The notes below the pieces were generated by a model. That model ran no database searches. It had not been told where the DNA came from and saw nothing but the letters and a program-made list of their open reading frames with translations. A program made the position numbers and the translations under genes. Positions 37,189 to 49,837 of a stretch of 64,000 nt of DNA are shown here, piece after piece; positions within the stretch are counted from its first letter, which is position 1, and each line of letters starts with the position of its first letter. This stretch comes from Ptychomitrium polyphyllum (taxonomy: Eukaryota), in the NCBI GenBank assembly GCA_973851085.1, contig OZ316776.1, forward strand, positions 14,818,001 through 14,882,000. Reading direction: 5' to 3'.

Positions 37189-40100
37189 TGCCTGCAGTAT
37201 AAGACTCTTCAGCTTTAACCATCACGAAGGATTCCATGTACGCTGACACAAATGTTTCCCACGTTATCACTGCGTTGATCGTTGAAATTGCACTATAGTC
37301 TCCAGTATTGTACTCGACGGCGTAAAACGAGTGACCAAGAAAATCGCATGCAGCTTCAAAGAGCTCCTGGAATATTTGTTACACGATCTATGTCACAGCT
37401 TCGTGAGTGGATGGAGAATAAGGAAAAATGTATCATTACAGTGTGGACATTACCCTCGAAGCTCACATTCTAACTCCTAATGTATCCGAGCACACCATTT
37501 CTCGATTTGAAGAACTTTTCCAATCGGTCACATCTCTCTAACCTAGATGCCACCATCTCCATTTAACGATTTGTGGGAAATGTGATGTCGAGCAACATGC
37601 TAAAGAAGTGTGGCGCAGATGGCGCAGTTTAGATTTGGTATGTTTCAGAGTCAGTTCTTCTAAGATCTCTAAAGGTTCAGAAGATCTTTAGCAGATACTG
37701 TAGAATCCACAACCGCTGGGTCTAAATCGTGAAGAAAGACACATCGAGGCGCAGGGAACAGAGACGCAGGGAAGCCATACAACATCAAGCGCTTCCGGAT
37801 AGCTGCATGTCATTGCACAGATAGGAGCGTACCTCTAAACACCGAATGACCAAAGGCGCTCCTTCCAGGCTCACACCACCTCACCACCACGCAATGCAAC
37901 AAAGCTCCCCTCCAACCACCACACACATGGAACCCAAACGCGTCCCTAATCCTCGAAATCTTAAACCCTCCAAACCCTCCCGCAATCACATCCCCCCACT
38001 CTCATACTCCACCATCCTCGACACCCATGAGCTACCACTCTCATCCACTCCCCACAATCATTCCCCAAAACCTCGCCTCCAATGAATCCAAAAAAATCCA
38101 CAAACTCCTAAACCCAGCTACATAAGGATCCGCCTCACCACCGCCCCTCACTATACCAACCCCACCTTTCAACCACTCAACCGCAATGAAGCTCCACACT
38201 CCAACCTACACGGACTTGGAATCCTGCACCAAATCCTCTGTAATCAATCCCAACACAAGTCCGATAGAGCAAAAACTAACCCAAAGCCCAGCCTCCAGAG
38301 AGAACAGCCACTCACTCACTCACTCACTCACTCAACTGACAGCACCTACACGACCGTCCAACCACTCAAGAAACAAAATCCAACAATGAGCTCCGATGAT
38401 GCTACGGTCTCCAACAGTTGGAACCAATCCTCCGCGAAAACCTCCACCATCAATGCTAACAGAAGACCAATATAAGAATGCAGTCGAACGAGAGATTCAT
38501 CTGCACTACATCTGAAAGTGCGAAGCGTGAGTGCGTAAGTGAGATGGGGAGGTGAAATCAATGAGGGGATCTGCGACGCTGATGTAAGTTCGAGATCAGC
38601 GCATTCAACGTTCGGGAAGGTCGCAAACGGAGAGGAGGAGGGCGGAGACGAGGGTGCATGGGGTCGGAGAGTAGGGTGTGAGGCCGCTAGGGGGGCAACG
38701 GTCGGAAAGGTGACAAGGCACTGGGGCGTTCAAAAGGGGGGGCGAGGGGAATCTTTTACTTTTTATGAGTAAGAGCACTTGAGAGGGTCGAGTTACTGGC
38801 TATATTTGTCAGATGTTGACGTCTTGACTGCGTCGGTATTGCTGCCTTGGACTTGGGCCTTGGAGGGTCTCTGTGCGCATTAAATCTGGGTTGGGAGTGG
38901 CTCGCTCCACATGTGTGCCGCCACGTGTGTTCTGTGTGGCTTTTGATTCCTTCCATTCGTAATATTGTATAACGACCCTCTGTGTCAGGGATGCTTCCAT
39001 TACCGAAGGGTACAGTTTTGTTATTAAGAAAACTTTCAAAGTGGGTGTGAATTTGTGCGCCAAGCCACCACCTAGATTTATGTCTCTACGTATTCATTAC
39101 CACATGCGTTTACTGCTGTTAGTTTGATTTCCTATTTTCCTAGGTGAGAGTGAGTTGCTTGAATTGCTAAAGAATATTATGAAAACATGTTTTTTGTGAT
39201 TGTAAGGTAGGTTCATAATAATCTTTGACAATTTTACTTTGTAAATTAAAAAAACCAGCAATAAGTGATATATATAGCATGTGGTAGTGAATACAAGAAG
39301 GCTTCTTGCAAATTTGTATATAATAGAAAGAAAGATGAGCAAAGTTAGGTAAAAAAGGGCAATTTGAGAAAATAACTAGTGTGAAGTGATTAATTTATAA
39401 ATTAAATTCCAATGCACAATTGCATAGAGATCTTTTCAATGTGCAAATTGAAGTTCTTCTAGGTTTTTGGTTTTATATTTTTGGACTTTTGTATAGTCTA
39501 TTGTGCATGTTTTCTGCATGCAATAAAGAAACACAAAGGAAATTGATTTTAGAAGAACTCATAAAATTATAAAATTGACATTTTCAATATAATTACATGT
39601 TCATCTTTCTTATTTAAATAGAAAATCATATTTTAATTAGTTTATAGTGGTAAAATTATATCTTTGAACATGTAAAATTAAAGAAGTAACTTATTATGTG
39701 AAATTTCTATTTATGCAACTTATTATCTATTTTGAAGTTTAAATATTTAAATTCCTATTAAAATTCGTAATAACTTTATGATGTCTATGTACATGTTTAT
39801 ATTGGATTGATATCTTCTTTATGGAAAACCACAAAACTTTCTAACAAGTTTACAATGCACAATAATATTTTCATAAGTATATTAAATAAACTTATGTAAT
39901 TACATTGTGTTCTAATTTGTTCAACACCTTACAATATTTATTAATAACGCCAATGTTGATCCTAAGCCTTTATTAAAATAAACATGCAAAAATGCAAAAA
40001 GAATTAATGCTTAGAATTCAAATATTACATAAATCATATAAGTCATGTTGTCATTTTAAAACATAACCTTTCAAAACTATTTCAATCATCTTTTAACTTT

Positions 40101-41890
40101 ATAAGTTATAATTAATTTTTTATTCATATCTTTTGATATAATATGCATATTGAAATATTACACATATAGTTCAAAATATATAATTTTTAATGCTATTTCC
40201 ATATAAAATTCAATTTTAATAATTTCTATAAATTGATATTATAAATCTTAATAATATCATCTATTTTATATATATAAGTTATACATAACATTCTTTGTCC
40301 GAATTTTAAATACTTGAATCATTGTTTATTATTATTTTTCAACTTATAACTCATTGTAGAAAGAAACCATTTTTCAAAGATCCATAAACACGTTTCAAGC
40401 ATTTTAGTGTTAAAAACAATGACATTACAAATTTATTCTCAATTGAATAACCAAATTTTACATCACAATATATGATAGGTTTAATTTTAAAATTTAAATA
40501 AATAAATTATGAATTATTAAAATATAAAATAAAAATGGTACCAATGTAAATAAATAGAAACATCCAAAAGAAGAATGAGATGTGATGGTAAATACATCAA
40601 AGGTAAGCTAAGGCTCCATAGTATAAATCTAGTCAATGTAAGTGGTTGTTAGTGCCCCTTCTTCTATTTGAAATGCATTAATTCATCCTCAAAGTACTTG
40701 TCATTAACTTGCATCTTTATTTTAAATGAATATTATAATCATGCATCCAATAGTGAAGAATTAAGAGAAAACTTGGAAAAAAGATGGATTTAGATTTTTC
40801 ACAACCATTATGGAGGAACAAGGTGAAATGGCTTCAAATCTATAGCTTAAGCTTTTTTTTGCATATGTATAGTTGAAGAAGAAGCAAAGCAAAATATATT
40901 TTTGGTATAGAAATGAAGATATTAAAGAATGTAGATCTTTCCATAACTTTACCTTCAATAATAAAATTACAAAAGAATTTCAAAATAACTATTTAAAAAC
41001 ACCCTTAATCAATATACATATTTATTCTAAAGCAATATATAGGTTGTTTACTAATTTATACTTGTTGCTTCTTGAAATGGTTCAAAATGTACCAAATATT
41101 CCAAACACAAGAATGTTATTGATTTTGAGCCGTACTACCTTAATGGATAACCATTTCACACAACCCGCCATGTTGGGTACGTCAGCCTTATCATAAACCT
41201 CTTCCCAACAGAGACGCACTTGACCTCGCAACCGGCACAGGCGCTCCTCGAACATCTAACTAACGATAATTGCATTTTGGATGAACACTCAACTCAGAGG
41301 ATGAATGTCGATGACTATCGACGAATGTGAAGAGGGTTTAGGAAATGTATACCGAAAACCGTCACTGTACCCACAGCTGACATAATCTTTTGACAGCCTA
41401 CACTTTATGAAACTGATTCTACAAAACTCGTAGAAAATGTAGAAGATGCGTACAGCCGCTGTACGGCGTGTCTGTATCTGAAGCTTTATTTATCTACGAG
41501 TTTTTAGACCTTCTCATCGTACGAATGTTCTTAGGAGATACAATCAGCTTTGTGTGCATGACGGTTTTTCACGTATTACATCAATTAGGGTCGAAGTTTT
41601 CTTCAGAATTTCGCTCTCTCGCATGTATTCTGAGCATTTTTCACTTTCTTGTCTCGCAACTGAATCCCTGGTTGGCATCAAATGCCACTAACAATGCAAG
41701 CCAACATAGAGATTTCTTAACCCATGAGAGCATTGCTTCTGATTTCTCACCTTTTTTCTGCCGTCTCTGGGACTGACTGGAGTTGGAGGGTCAGAAATCC
41801 GGGTGAAAGGGTTTGAGAATTGGGAAGAGAACTGGGAGGATTCAGGTTTGCGGGTTCGAGAGCGCGAAGAAAATCCTGGTTGTGAGAGCG

Positions 41891-44463
41891 ATGGGGAGTC
41901 CGGATGTGTTGATGATAGAAGCTGCGCCAGGGGCCAAGGAGATTGAGCGGGCGAAGTGGCGAAGTGGGGCGTTGGATGAGAGCGTGGATGCGCTCCCATA
42001 CATTGACCATGACTACGCAGATGCCAAGGTGAAGGCAGAGGTGGATAAGATGATCGCCGAGGAGATGCGATCGAGCACTAAGAAGCCTGCTGACTTTCTC
42101 GCCGAGCTGCCAGTGGTGCCTTCCATTAATCTTCAGGTATGGTCTATTGGGTGTATCCTGTATCGTCTCTTGTTGGAGCAATCAGCAGGTGAGGGTTTTG
42201 CTGAGAAGCGGGGGTGGGGTTTTTGTGGCTCTGTTTTTGTTGGTCGTGATTGGATTCAGCATTCGAGGTTTGGGAGTTTGGGCAAGCAAGAAACTTCACC
42301 AGGGTTTTAGGGTTTTAGGGTTTGTGAGAATATTTAGGGTTGTTGATTTTCGTGTGAAGGACTCACTTGTATGGTTGAAAAATTTGAATTCTATATCTTT
42401 GGTCAGAGTCGTTTGTTAGAGTCTATTGTGCTTTGGGGAAAGCTATCAGTCTGAGGAATAAAGAGTGATAATTGTGAGTCTATGTCAGGGAAAGGCTTGT
42501 AAGAAGTTTAGAAGTATGGTGCACTTTGAATGTTTAAGCTATCTAACTGTGTCCTTACCTATATTCAGGGTTCTTTTCGCGGAAATTCTGGCCTTTCAAT
42601 TCACCGTGAAATATTTTGTTTGATAAGAATGGTCATGGTGTTCTTCCGTTTGCCAGGACCATCCAATGCTCGCAAAAGAGTTTGATCGAGTTCGAGCTGG
42701 AAAAGCCCCGGTATCATTGGATCTTTCACGTTACGGATTGGAACCACCACCACTGAATAGACGCAATGATGTAGGGGCCTGGAAAAACGCTGTTCAAAAT
42801 GCCAAAGCACAACTACAACACCAGACCTTGAGGTTCATCTGCTTTTCAACTTACCACACTTCTTAAGATTATTATCTTCTGTGCTTGTTTTATGTTGAAA
42901 GTTGTCGTCCTCAATGTTCAAAGCAGCACTTTACAATCCCCTTTGTGTTTTCTCTCTGGTGTGAGCTGTTCTAGTCTTGTGGGTCTTTAGCTGCTCTAAG
43001 CATCCCTTGAGTTTTCCCGCTGAAATAAAGAAGCTTTGCCATTAAGAACGTGCTAGAGCTTAGTAGACTTAATTATGGAGTTAGCACCTCAGTTTTGAAG
43101 TGAGCCACATGGCAAACTATATAGTTGTAGATTGTCGTATTTCTCAGGATATGAAATACAGTAGGTTTACTTATTTTTAGTCCCGCAGTGAAACTGGTCA
43201 TGAATTGTGGTATTACGCTTGCTTCCTGTGTCCACGTAGTCTTTGTCGCATTAACAATGCAGTTATGAGAATGTGAAATGGGTTTTGGGTTAGACTGGCT
43301 GAAAATTTTGGCAGGCTACCCACCTGTCTCTTTTATCATCAGCGGGTCTCTTCTTGGAGCAATGACACGGATTTCTTTTTCAGTCAGTACTGTCCTCATG
43401 ATGCAATGCACTTCGTTTAATGCAGGCTTGAGAACTTAGAGCTGATGCTGAAGTATGGTACTAATTCTTGGAAGGTTCACAATCAACATCTTGAAGCTTT
43501 TCAGGCCAGGTTGGGCTACTTTTCTGGTCTGCTTGATTTGTGGAATGGATGCTTCGCTTTGCTGAAATGATCAGAATGCAAAACCGTCGTTTCAGGGGGG
43601 TGCTTGTTTTACAGTTGCTAGCTACAGATAGATTCTGTTGACAACCCCTAGGAGCTTTACTATACTGGCGGTTCTTGTTATTATTTAGTGGATCATCTAC
43701 ATTTCTCTCACAACATGTGGTCTGTTGGTACCAGGCTTAGAGACACTGCACTGGAATATCAGCGTGAGATTGAGCTATTGAATCGTGAGCGCAAGCTCAA
43801 TCAGGTCACTGTTCTTTCCAATAGTTGCTTCTGCTTTTGTTTCCTTTTCAACATCTTGTTCTACCATGCAATATTTACAGTTGGGTTTAACGTATTTTTC
43901 TGGTATTGAGTATCGTTTTTGACTGTCACTTAAGTTTTTCGTTTCAACTAACAACTTTACACTCATTCTTCTCCTTAAGCGTGAAAGGAATGTGTATGAT
44001 TATAGGATGAATTGGGATGAACTGGATGTGGGACATCAATTAATACGGAGATGATTTTGATTGTACGTTTCAGCAAGCTGCGGCAGTTGAGTTGAATTTA
44101 TTGAGCTCTCAGTGGAAAGATATAAGTAAAAAGAACTTGGACATAGAAGATGCTTGCTTGAATCTGGAGGCTGAGGTCATCAAACTCCGGGAGGAAGCTG
44201 AAAAGAAGTGAGCAGCCCCTTCCTTTTTCTGATTCATTCCTGGAAGCTTGCTTTTCTGTAACTGATAATAGTACTATTTGACGATTTGTATTGAGCTGAA
44301 CAAATTTGTTTTATGCAGCGTCCTAAAGCATCGATTACTTGTAATAGTGATTCGTAGAATCGCGGCTTATTTATGGAGACTTGAGGAACCGTTTGGGCTA
44401 ATTCTTTCCTCTCTTTTCTTCTTCTTTTGCAGAGGAATAGATCTTACTCGACCACCTCTTTAA
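41891..44463 (+). CDS. SPF27: Pre-mRNA splicing factor SPF27 / BCAS2 / MOS4 (Prp19 complex), 6 exons, 246 aa
   Basis: Exons 41891-42136, 42657-42832, 43426-43509, 43735-43804, 44074-44207 and 44433-44463 total 741 nt. Motifs are [38 protein letters not shown] and NRERKLNQ. Confidence 0.95.
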
Positions 44464-47400
44464 AGGAGATAATGTGCAGCAATTAGCTTATGCCTTCTTA
44501 TTGTAAAATGAATTTCCTTGCAGATATGATGCAGTGTGAAACATTGTTGGTGATAGCACTTTTTGAGCTACACTGTATCTTTCAATGGTCATGGTGCAGG
44601 AATACTACTGTGCACAAGATTTCATCTCTCTAATCACTAAGAAAACCGAGTTTGGGTATTGTAAGCCAACTGGCCAGAGCTTCGCTTGAAACTCACAATG
44701 CTGTGGCTTTATCTTTTTAATGGTAATTTTATATTAAATTACGGTCCATTAATGCACTTCCTTACCTCATGGCATCAGCAATTGCAGGCTGAAACTCCAA
44801 GAGTAATCAGATTCTTCACAACTATAATCATCTAATAGATAGTAACAAAAACTAAATTAAAAATATTCTACTGTACTACTGGAACAAGTTCAACACATGC
44901 TTGTCAAATGTTTTTTGTGTGCAGCTGTTTGATAGTTCAAATCCTCATTTCCACTCAAAATGGGCCATGTGGATTTGGAATGGTCTTGTGAATAGGTAAT
45001 ATGTTTTTATTCCTAAGTAATATTTTTGATGGAGGTAACTTATTGAAGGTAATTTTTTAAAATGAACTTATTTAACAAAGGTAATTTATGTTTACCACTA
45101 AATTGTAGATGGTATGTTTTTACTTTATATAATACGTTTTTAAATGTATGTTTGTAAGATGTTTAAACTCATATTTATCAAATATTCAAGGTGGCTACTA
45201 CTCAAGTGAAAGTTTTGTTAAGATTAAAGTTTTAGTTTGTTTAAACAAATTCTTTATTATTATAAAAGAAGTTTGAGTGATGATTAAATAGTGTATGTGC
45301 TTGGTTTGTAAAGTTGGCAAAGTTTTAAGTTCAAATAAATCATTTGGATTTGTATTATTTTATATTGTATAAATTTTAAAATTTAGGGTTGTAATGGTTA
45401 AAAAAAATTGAAGGTTTGGTTTAGGATTTTGTATTTAGGATTTATGTTTATTCTTATTTTTCCATAATGGGTCTTTTTGGAACTTAAGCTCTTCATAAGG
45501 AACTTTGATGTTCTTTCAAGTATTAGTAGTATTCTTCTTATAAAAAATATTAATAATCATAGTCCATTTTATTAAGGTTTCTTTTTAGTTGGAAGTTCAC
45601 CATTTTTGTTTATTCATTCTTTTATGCATCAAGTGCTTTCAAGTTCCTTAATTGGAGCTCAACTACATCCATCTAAATTTATTGCTTTTATCAACTTCAT
45701 ATTAAATCAAACCAAAATTATTACAATCCCAAAGAAGATGTAGGTTATAAGTTTTCACCACCAAAAGGTGGTATTATAAATAGGATTTGAATTTTATTTT
45801 ATTTTAAAATTTATTATATTTATTATTTTTGAATAATTAAATCTTTAAATGTTTCAATCTTTTTTTAAAACATTTAAATCTATGTTGTGGAATCGTTGGA
45901 GCTTCTAAATATGTTTTATAATTAGTATAAAATTTCTTTACAATTGTTATGAAAAATAACAATAATTTGAATTTCTTACAATATTTCTTAAAGATTAGAC
46001 AATATACAAAAATCATATGCTTTCATTTGTTAAAAACTTTAAAATATGATTTTTCTTCAAATAAATAAATCCTACCTTATATTTATTTCACCTGTTTCAA
46101 TAAAATTCTAGAAATGACTTTCTTTAAGCTTAAGTCTTTGGTTATAGATTTATGATTTTAAAACTAATCATGCAATTTTATCTCTTAAGCATCTCTATTA
46201 TATTTATTAGCTATTCTTGTAGATGTACACTATTGAAAGTATTTTCTAAATCTAAAGGCCTTATTATATAAGAAGCAATGAAGTATGTTTAATAAAGAAA
46301 AAAAAAATCTCGTTAGTTTATGCAAAATTATAACAAAATGGTGAATTGGCTTTATTTTTGAAATTTAGTATTAGGCTTGAAAAGCTTATATGGCATATAA
46401 AATGATTATGTAGTAAGAAAAACAACTTTTAAAACTATTGGCTATTAAACGTGTTAAGAGTTTAATATTGTATCACAACATGGATCGTTAGATTTTGCCC
46501 AAGTTGCTTTTGAAAAAAAAATGGAGGAAATAATTCCTCATGAATCACCACCACTACTTGACAATATTTGAATGGAACAAATTTATTAAAAGAATCTTTT
46601 TTAAGCCACTAAAAACTTATTTCTTGCTTGTGAAATTTTTGTATGATTTTAGAAAAGATATTTATCACAAACATTATATGTTGCAACAAATTTTGAAGAA
46701 ATTGTCCGAAACCTTCCAAAAGCTTTTAACATCTTTAGTATCTCCTATTACCTTTCATTCTATAGCTTTTAAAGGAGGCTTTTTTCAAAAATATCTTAGG
46801 AAACATAAACTTCATGGTATTAATTGGAAGCAAGATGAGCTACACTTTAATCTTGTCAACATAAGTTGTGGGATACATCCATTATATTGCCTTTGTTTCT
46901 TATTATTGCACCAATTTTTATTACCTAATAGTTTCTTGTAGATTATTGTATTTTTGAAACAAATATTTATCTACTTTCTTCTTTCTTGTGTTCTTAACAA
47001 TAGCCCAATTGAATAGAAAGTCTTCATTTATATACTATTGAAATTGTATATTTCTTATTCTATTTAACTTATTATATTTTCAATATTATTGAATGTACTT
47101 ACATGTATTTGTGTGGATTGTACGCTTTGTGATAGTTGTTCTTTGTTAAATTTCAACTTGTTATGCTTATTAGAAGTACAAACAAAATTCATTTACTATT
47201 AGACAATATTCTTTTCACAAATGAAAACATTTAAGAGATGATAATAGATACCACAAAGATTGCATGTTTAACATACCAAGAATATCACGTGATTTCTTAA
47301 AGAAAAAGATAAAACACTAATTTATCTTAAAACTTTGATTTAAAATCCTCTCACTTGGAGGGAGTCTTTATAGGAGTATATAAGAGAGGCTAGAAGAAAC

Positions 47401-48200
47401 AATTATGTGTGCTCTTTCACTTGTGCAAGATTTGTACCATTCAAGAAGAAACAACTGCATTGGGTGGAGAGCCTTTATTCACATTTCATTGAGGTTATGA
47501 ATTCCTTATGTTATCATATTATGTTATTCAATATTGGTAATTGTAGGTTGATATATTTGTGGGTGGATGTACTACTGAACTAGCTTTGTGATAATTACTT
47601 TCTGTTATATTTAAACAATGCTCAAGAGTTGAGTTTCCTACACCGCCTCAACTTCTTCATTGCAAGTATTCTACAGAGCATGTGCTTTCAGAAAGTCACC
47701 ACCGTGTGTTACTCCATCTTCACATTCTGTGGCACAACAGAGAATCGGCGCTGCGTTGGTTTCACCCGGAAGATATATCGATGGTATGAATCACTCCTGT
47801 TTTGTTGTGAAGCTTACAAAATCCAGTCAAACTCATGATTCTATGGTTGGAAGTTGGCAGTCTGAGCGCTGTTTCTTTTTTTATGGTAGCGGCTACGTTT
47901 TTGTGCGTCCGAGTCATGGATTGAGTGCTGTTTCACGTCGCCATGTAATGCTGATGCCTGGGTGTCAAGAGAATTCTCAACTTGAGGGGCTGCAGGAAAG
48001 GGAGCCCATGAGCCCTAGAATATATGTGATGGTGGTTGTCGGTTGTGTTTTTTTCCCTCCCGATGGCGTGAATTGGGGTTTCAAGTGGTGGTCGTACTAG
48101 AGATTGGAGTCAATCCAGTGGGTGAATGCTGTGGATTCAGGGAGCTGGGTTTTGTGTACAAGGGTGACGTTTATCAGGTGACAGCAATCGGGGGTGAAAG

Positions 48201-49837
48201 ATGCAGCGCTCGATGCTGAAAGAGCCCCTCGTCAGCGGAGTGCGGCACCTATGGCCTCGTAAGCCATCTCTTCTCACGAGGAGGGTCAGATGGTGTAACT
48301 TAGCCGTGCAGAGACGATGCAACTCGAGTTGCTCACATTGTGAAGTTTCTGCCAGTGCACATCGGAGCAAGTTCTTGGAGAACAGGAAGCGTGTCCCTGG
48401 TATTGGTGAGGAAACCCGTTTCAGGAAGTGGGGTGTGAGAGCATTGGACGGTTCTCGGGTTTCCACGAACGAAGGTGCGTTCGGGCGACGCGGAATAGTC
48501 ACAGCTCCAGTGAAAGGCGATGAACAGGAAGAGCTCAAAGGGGAGCCACTTGAGGCAATTCTTGTACTAGCAGGAGGTCAGTTGCCGAGCGGAGGTGTTC
48601 CAGTCTGGGTTGAGAGACGGCTTGACAAAGCTCTTCAGCTGCAGAAACTGAATGGACCTAACTGTAGTATTGTATGCTTAGGGAATGGTACTCCCCATCG
48701 ACCGCCTAAACTGACCCCTGAAGGCTTTGTGGTCCATGAAAGCTCGTCATGTGCAGAATATCTCATAAACAAAGGCGCACCCGTTTCTGTCCTGCTCAAA
48801 GAATGGGGCTCATATGATACTATCGGTAATCTCACTCTTTCCTTCATCTTTAGTCATCCAAGTTTGATTTGTGGGTTCAGTTTCCAATCGCTGAGCCCTA
48901 AACCCTAAACCCAAGCCTTAAAGGTTTGATGTTGTGTTACCTTGTCCGGTAGAGTTTCATACTCATTGTGAAATTTTTATTGTTCAGGAAATGGATTCTT
49001 CGCTCTTACACAGCACGTGATTCCTCGAAGATGGAGAAGAATGGCGGTAGTTACTTCGGACTTTCACATGCCAAGGGCTCGGGCAATTTTTGAGTGGGTG
49101 TTTGGATTACAAGGAGCGGGCACTTCGATACGACAAGCGAATGGGTCAGTCGGCGGGTTGATGTCGTCTACTGGCTCACGAAGTGAAGGGTTTGTGTTGC
49201 AGTATTATGGTGTATCTGATATCGGCATTGATACATCCATCATTCAGGTGTTTTTTTGCGCTCATCATTATTGCATCTCAATTTTTTGGAATGTACCAGC
49301 GCTCGTTATGGAGATGTACAATACCAGTTTCGACCAAATAAGATTGTTTAACCTACAAGACTCCAGTAGCCATGTTGTTTGCGATAAACATGAAAGTATC
49401 ATACTAAAGTAAAGATAAACCTGAATGGTTGGGTTGGTTTGAATATCAACTCTTTCCTACTCGTAATATCCGCAAGCTGTAAGTCCCATTGCTCGAGGAT
49501 AGTAGCTTGAAGTGATGTGTTTCCATGCACTCTTCGTTTTTTTCTTCTTTTTGATTAAGCTTTCAATCAAAGCCGAGATCAGTGTAAATCTATGCGCTTT
49601 CAGTCACGTTTTGAAGAGTTCGATGTCTGCTTCAAAACTCAGTCTGTTCGGCATGTGCAGGCCCGAGTAGTCAAGGAGAGAAAAGCACTGAAAAACTTGA
49701 CGATTGTGTCGACTGGTATCAGCACCCTTCATGACTTGCATGTGTGGTTCCATACACAGCACAGGTGCTACAATGTTGAACACCAAGGATTGTTTGGTAA
49801 GCAACCACTGAACGATCCTGCTCTTCAGTCATATTAA
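48201..49837 (+). CDS. DUF218 (YdcF/SanA/ElyC-like, Rossmann-like) protein with probable organellar transit peptide, 3 exons, 353 aa
   Basis: Exons 48201-48825, 48988-49247 and 49661-49837 total 1062 nt. Motifs are AILVLAGG, RRLDKA, HESSSCAEYL, EWGSYDTIGNGFF and VVTSDFHMPRA. The ~100-aa N-terminal extension is Arg/Ser-rich. Confidence 0.88.

Noticed and set aside
37846..38389. Pro/His/Thr-rich plus-strand ORFs
   Set aside because: They are antisense to the G/T-rich leader or intron region of the J-protein gene, a compositional artefact.
48893..48912. CCCTAAACCCTAAACCC and similar TTTAGGG tracts (e.g. ~42300-42340) as telomere remnants
   Set aside because: Only two to three units within introns, which is common as interstitial telo-box-like sequence in plant genes.
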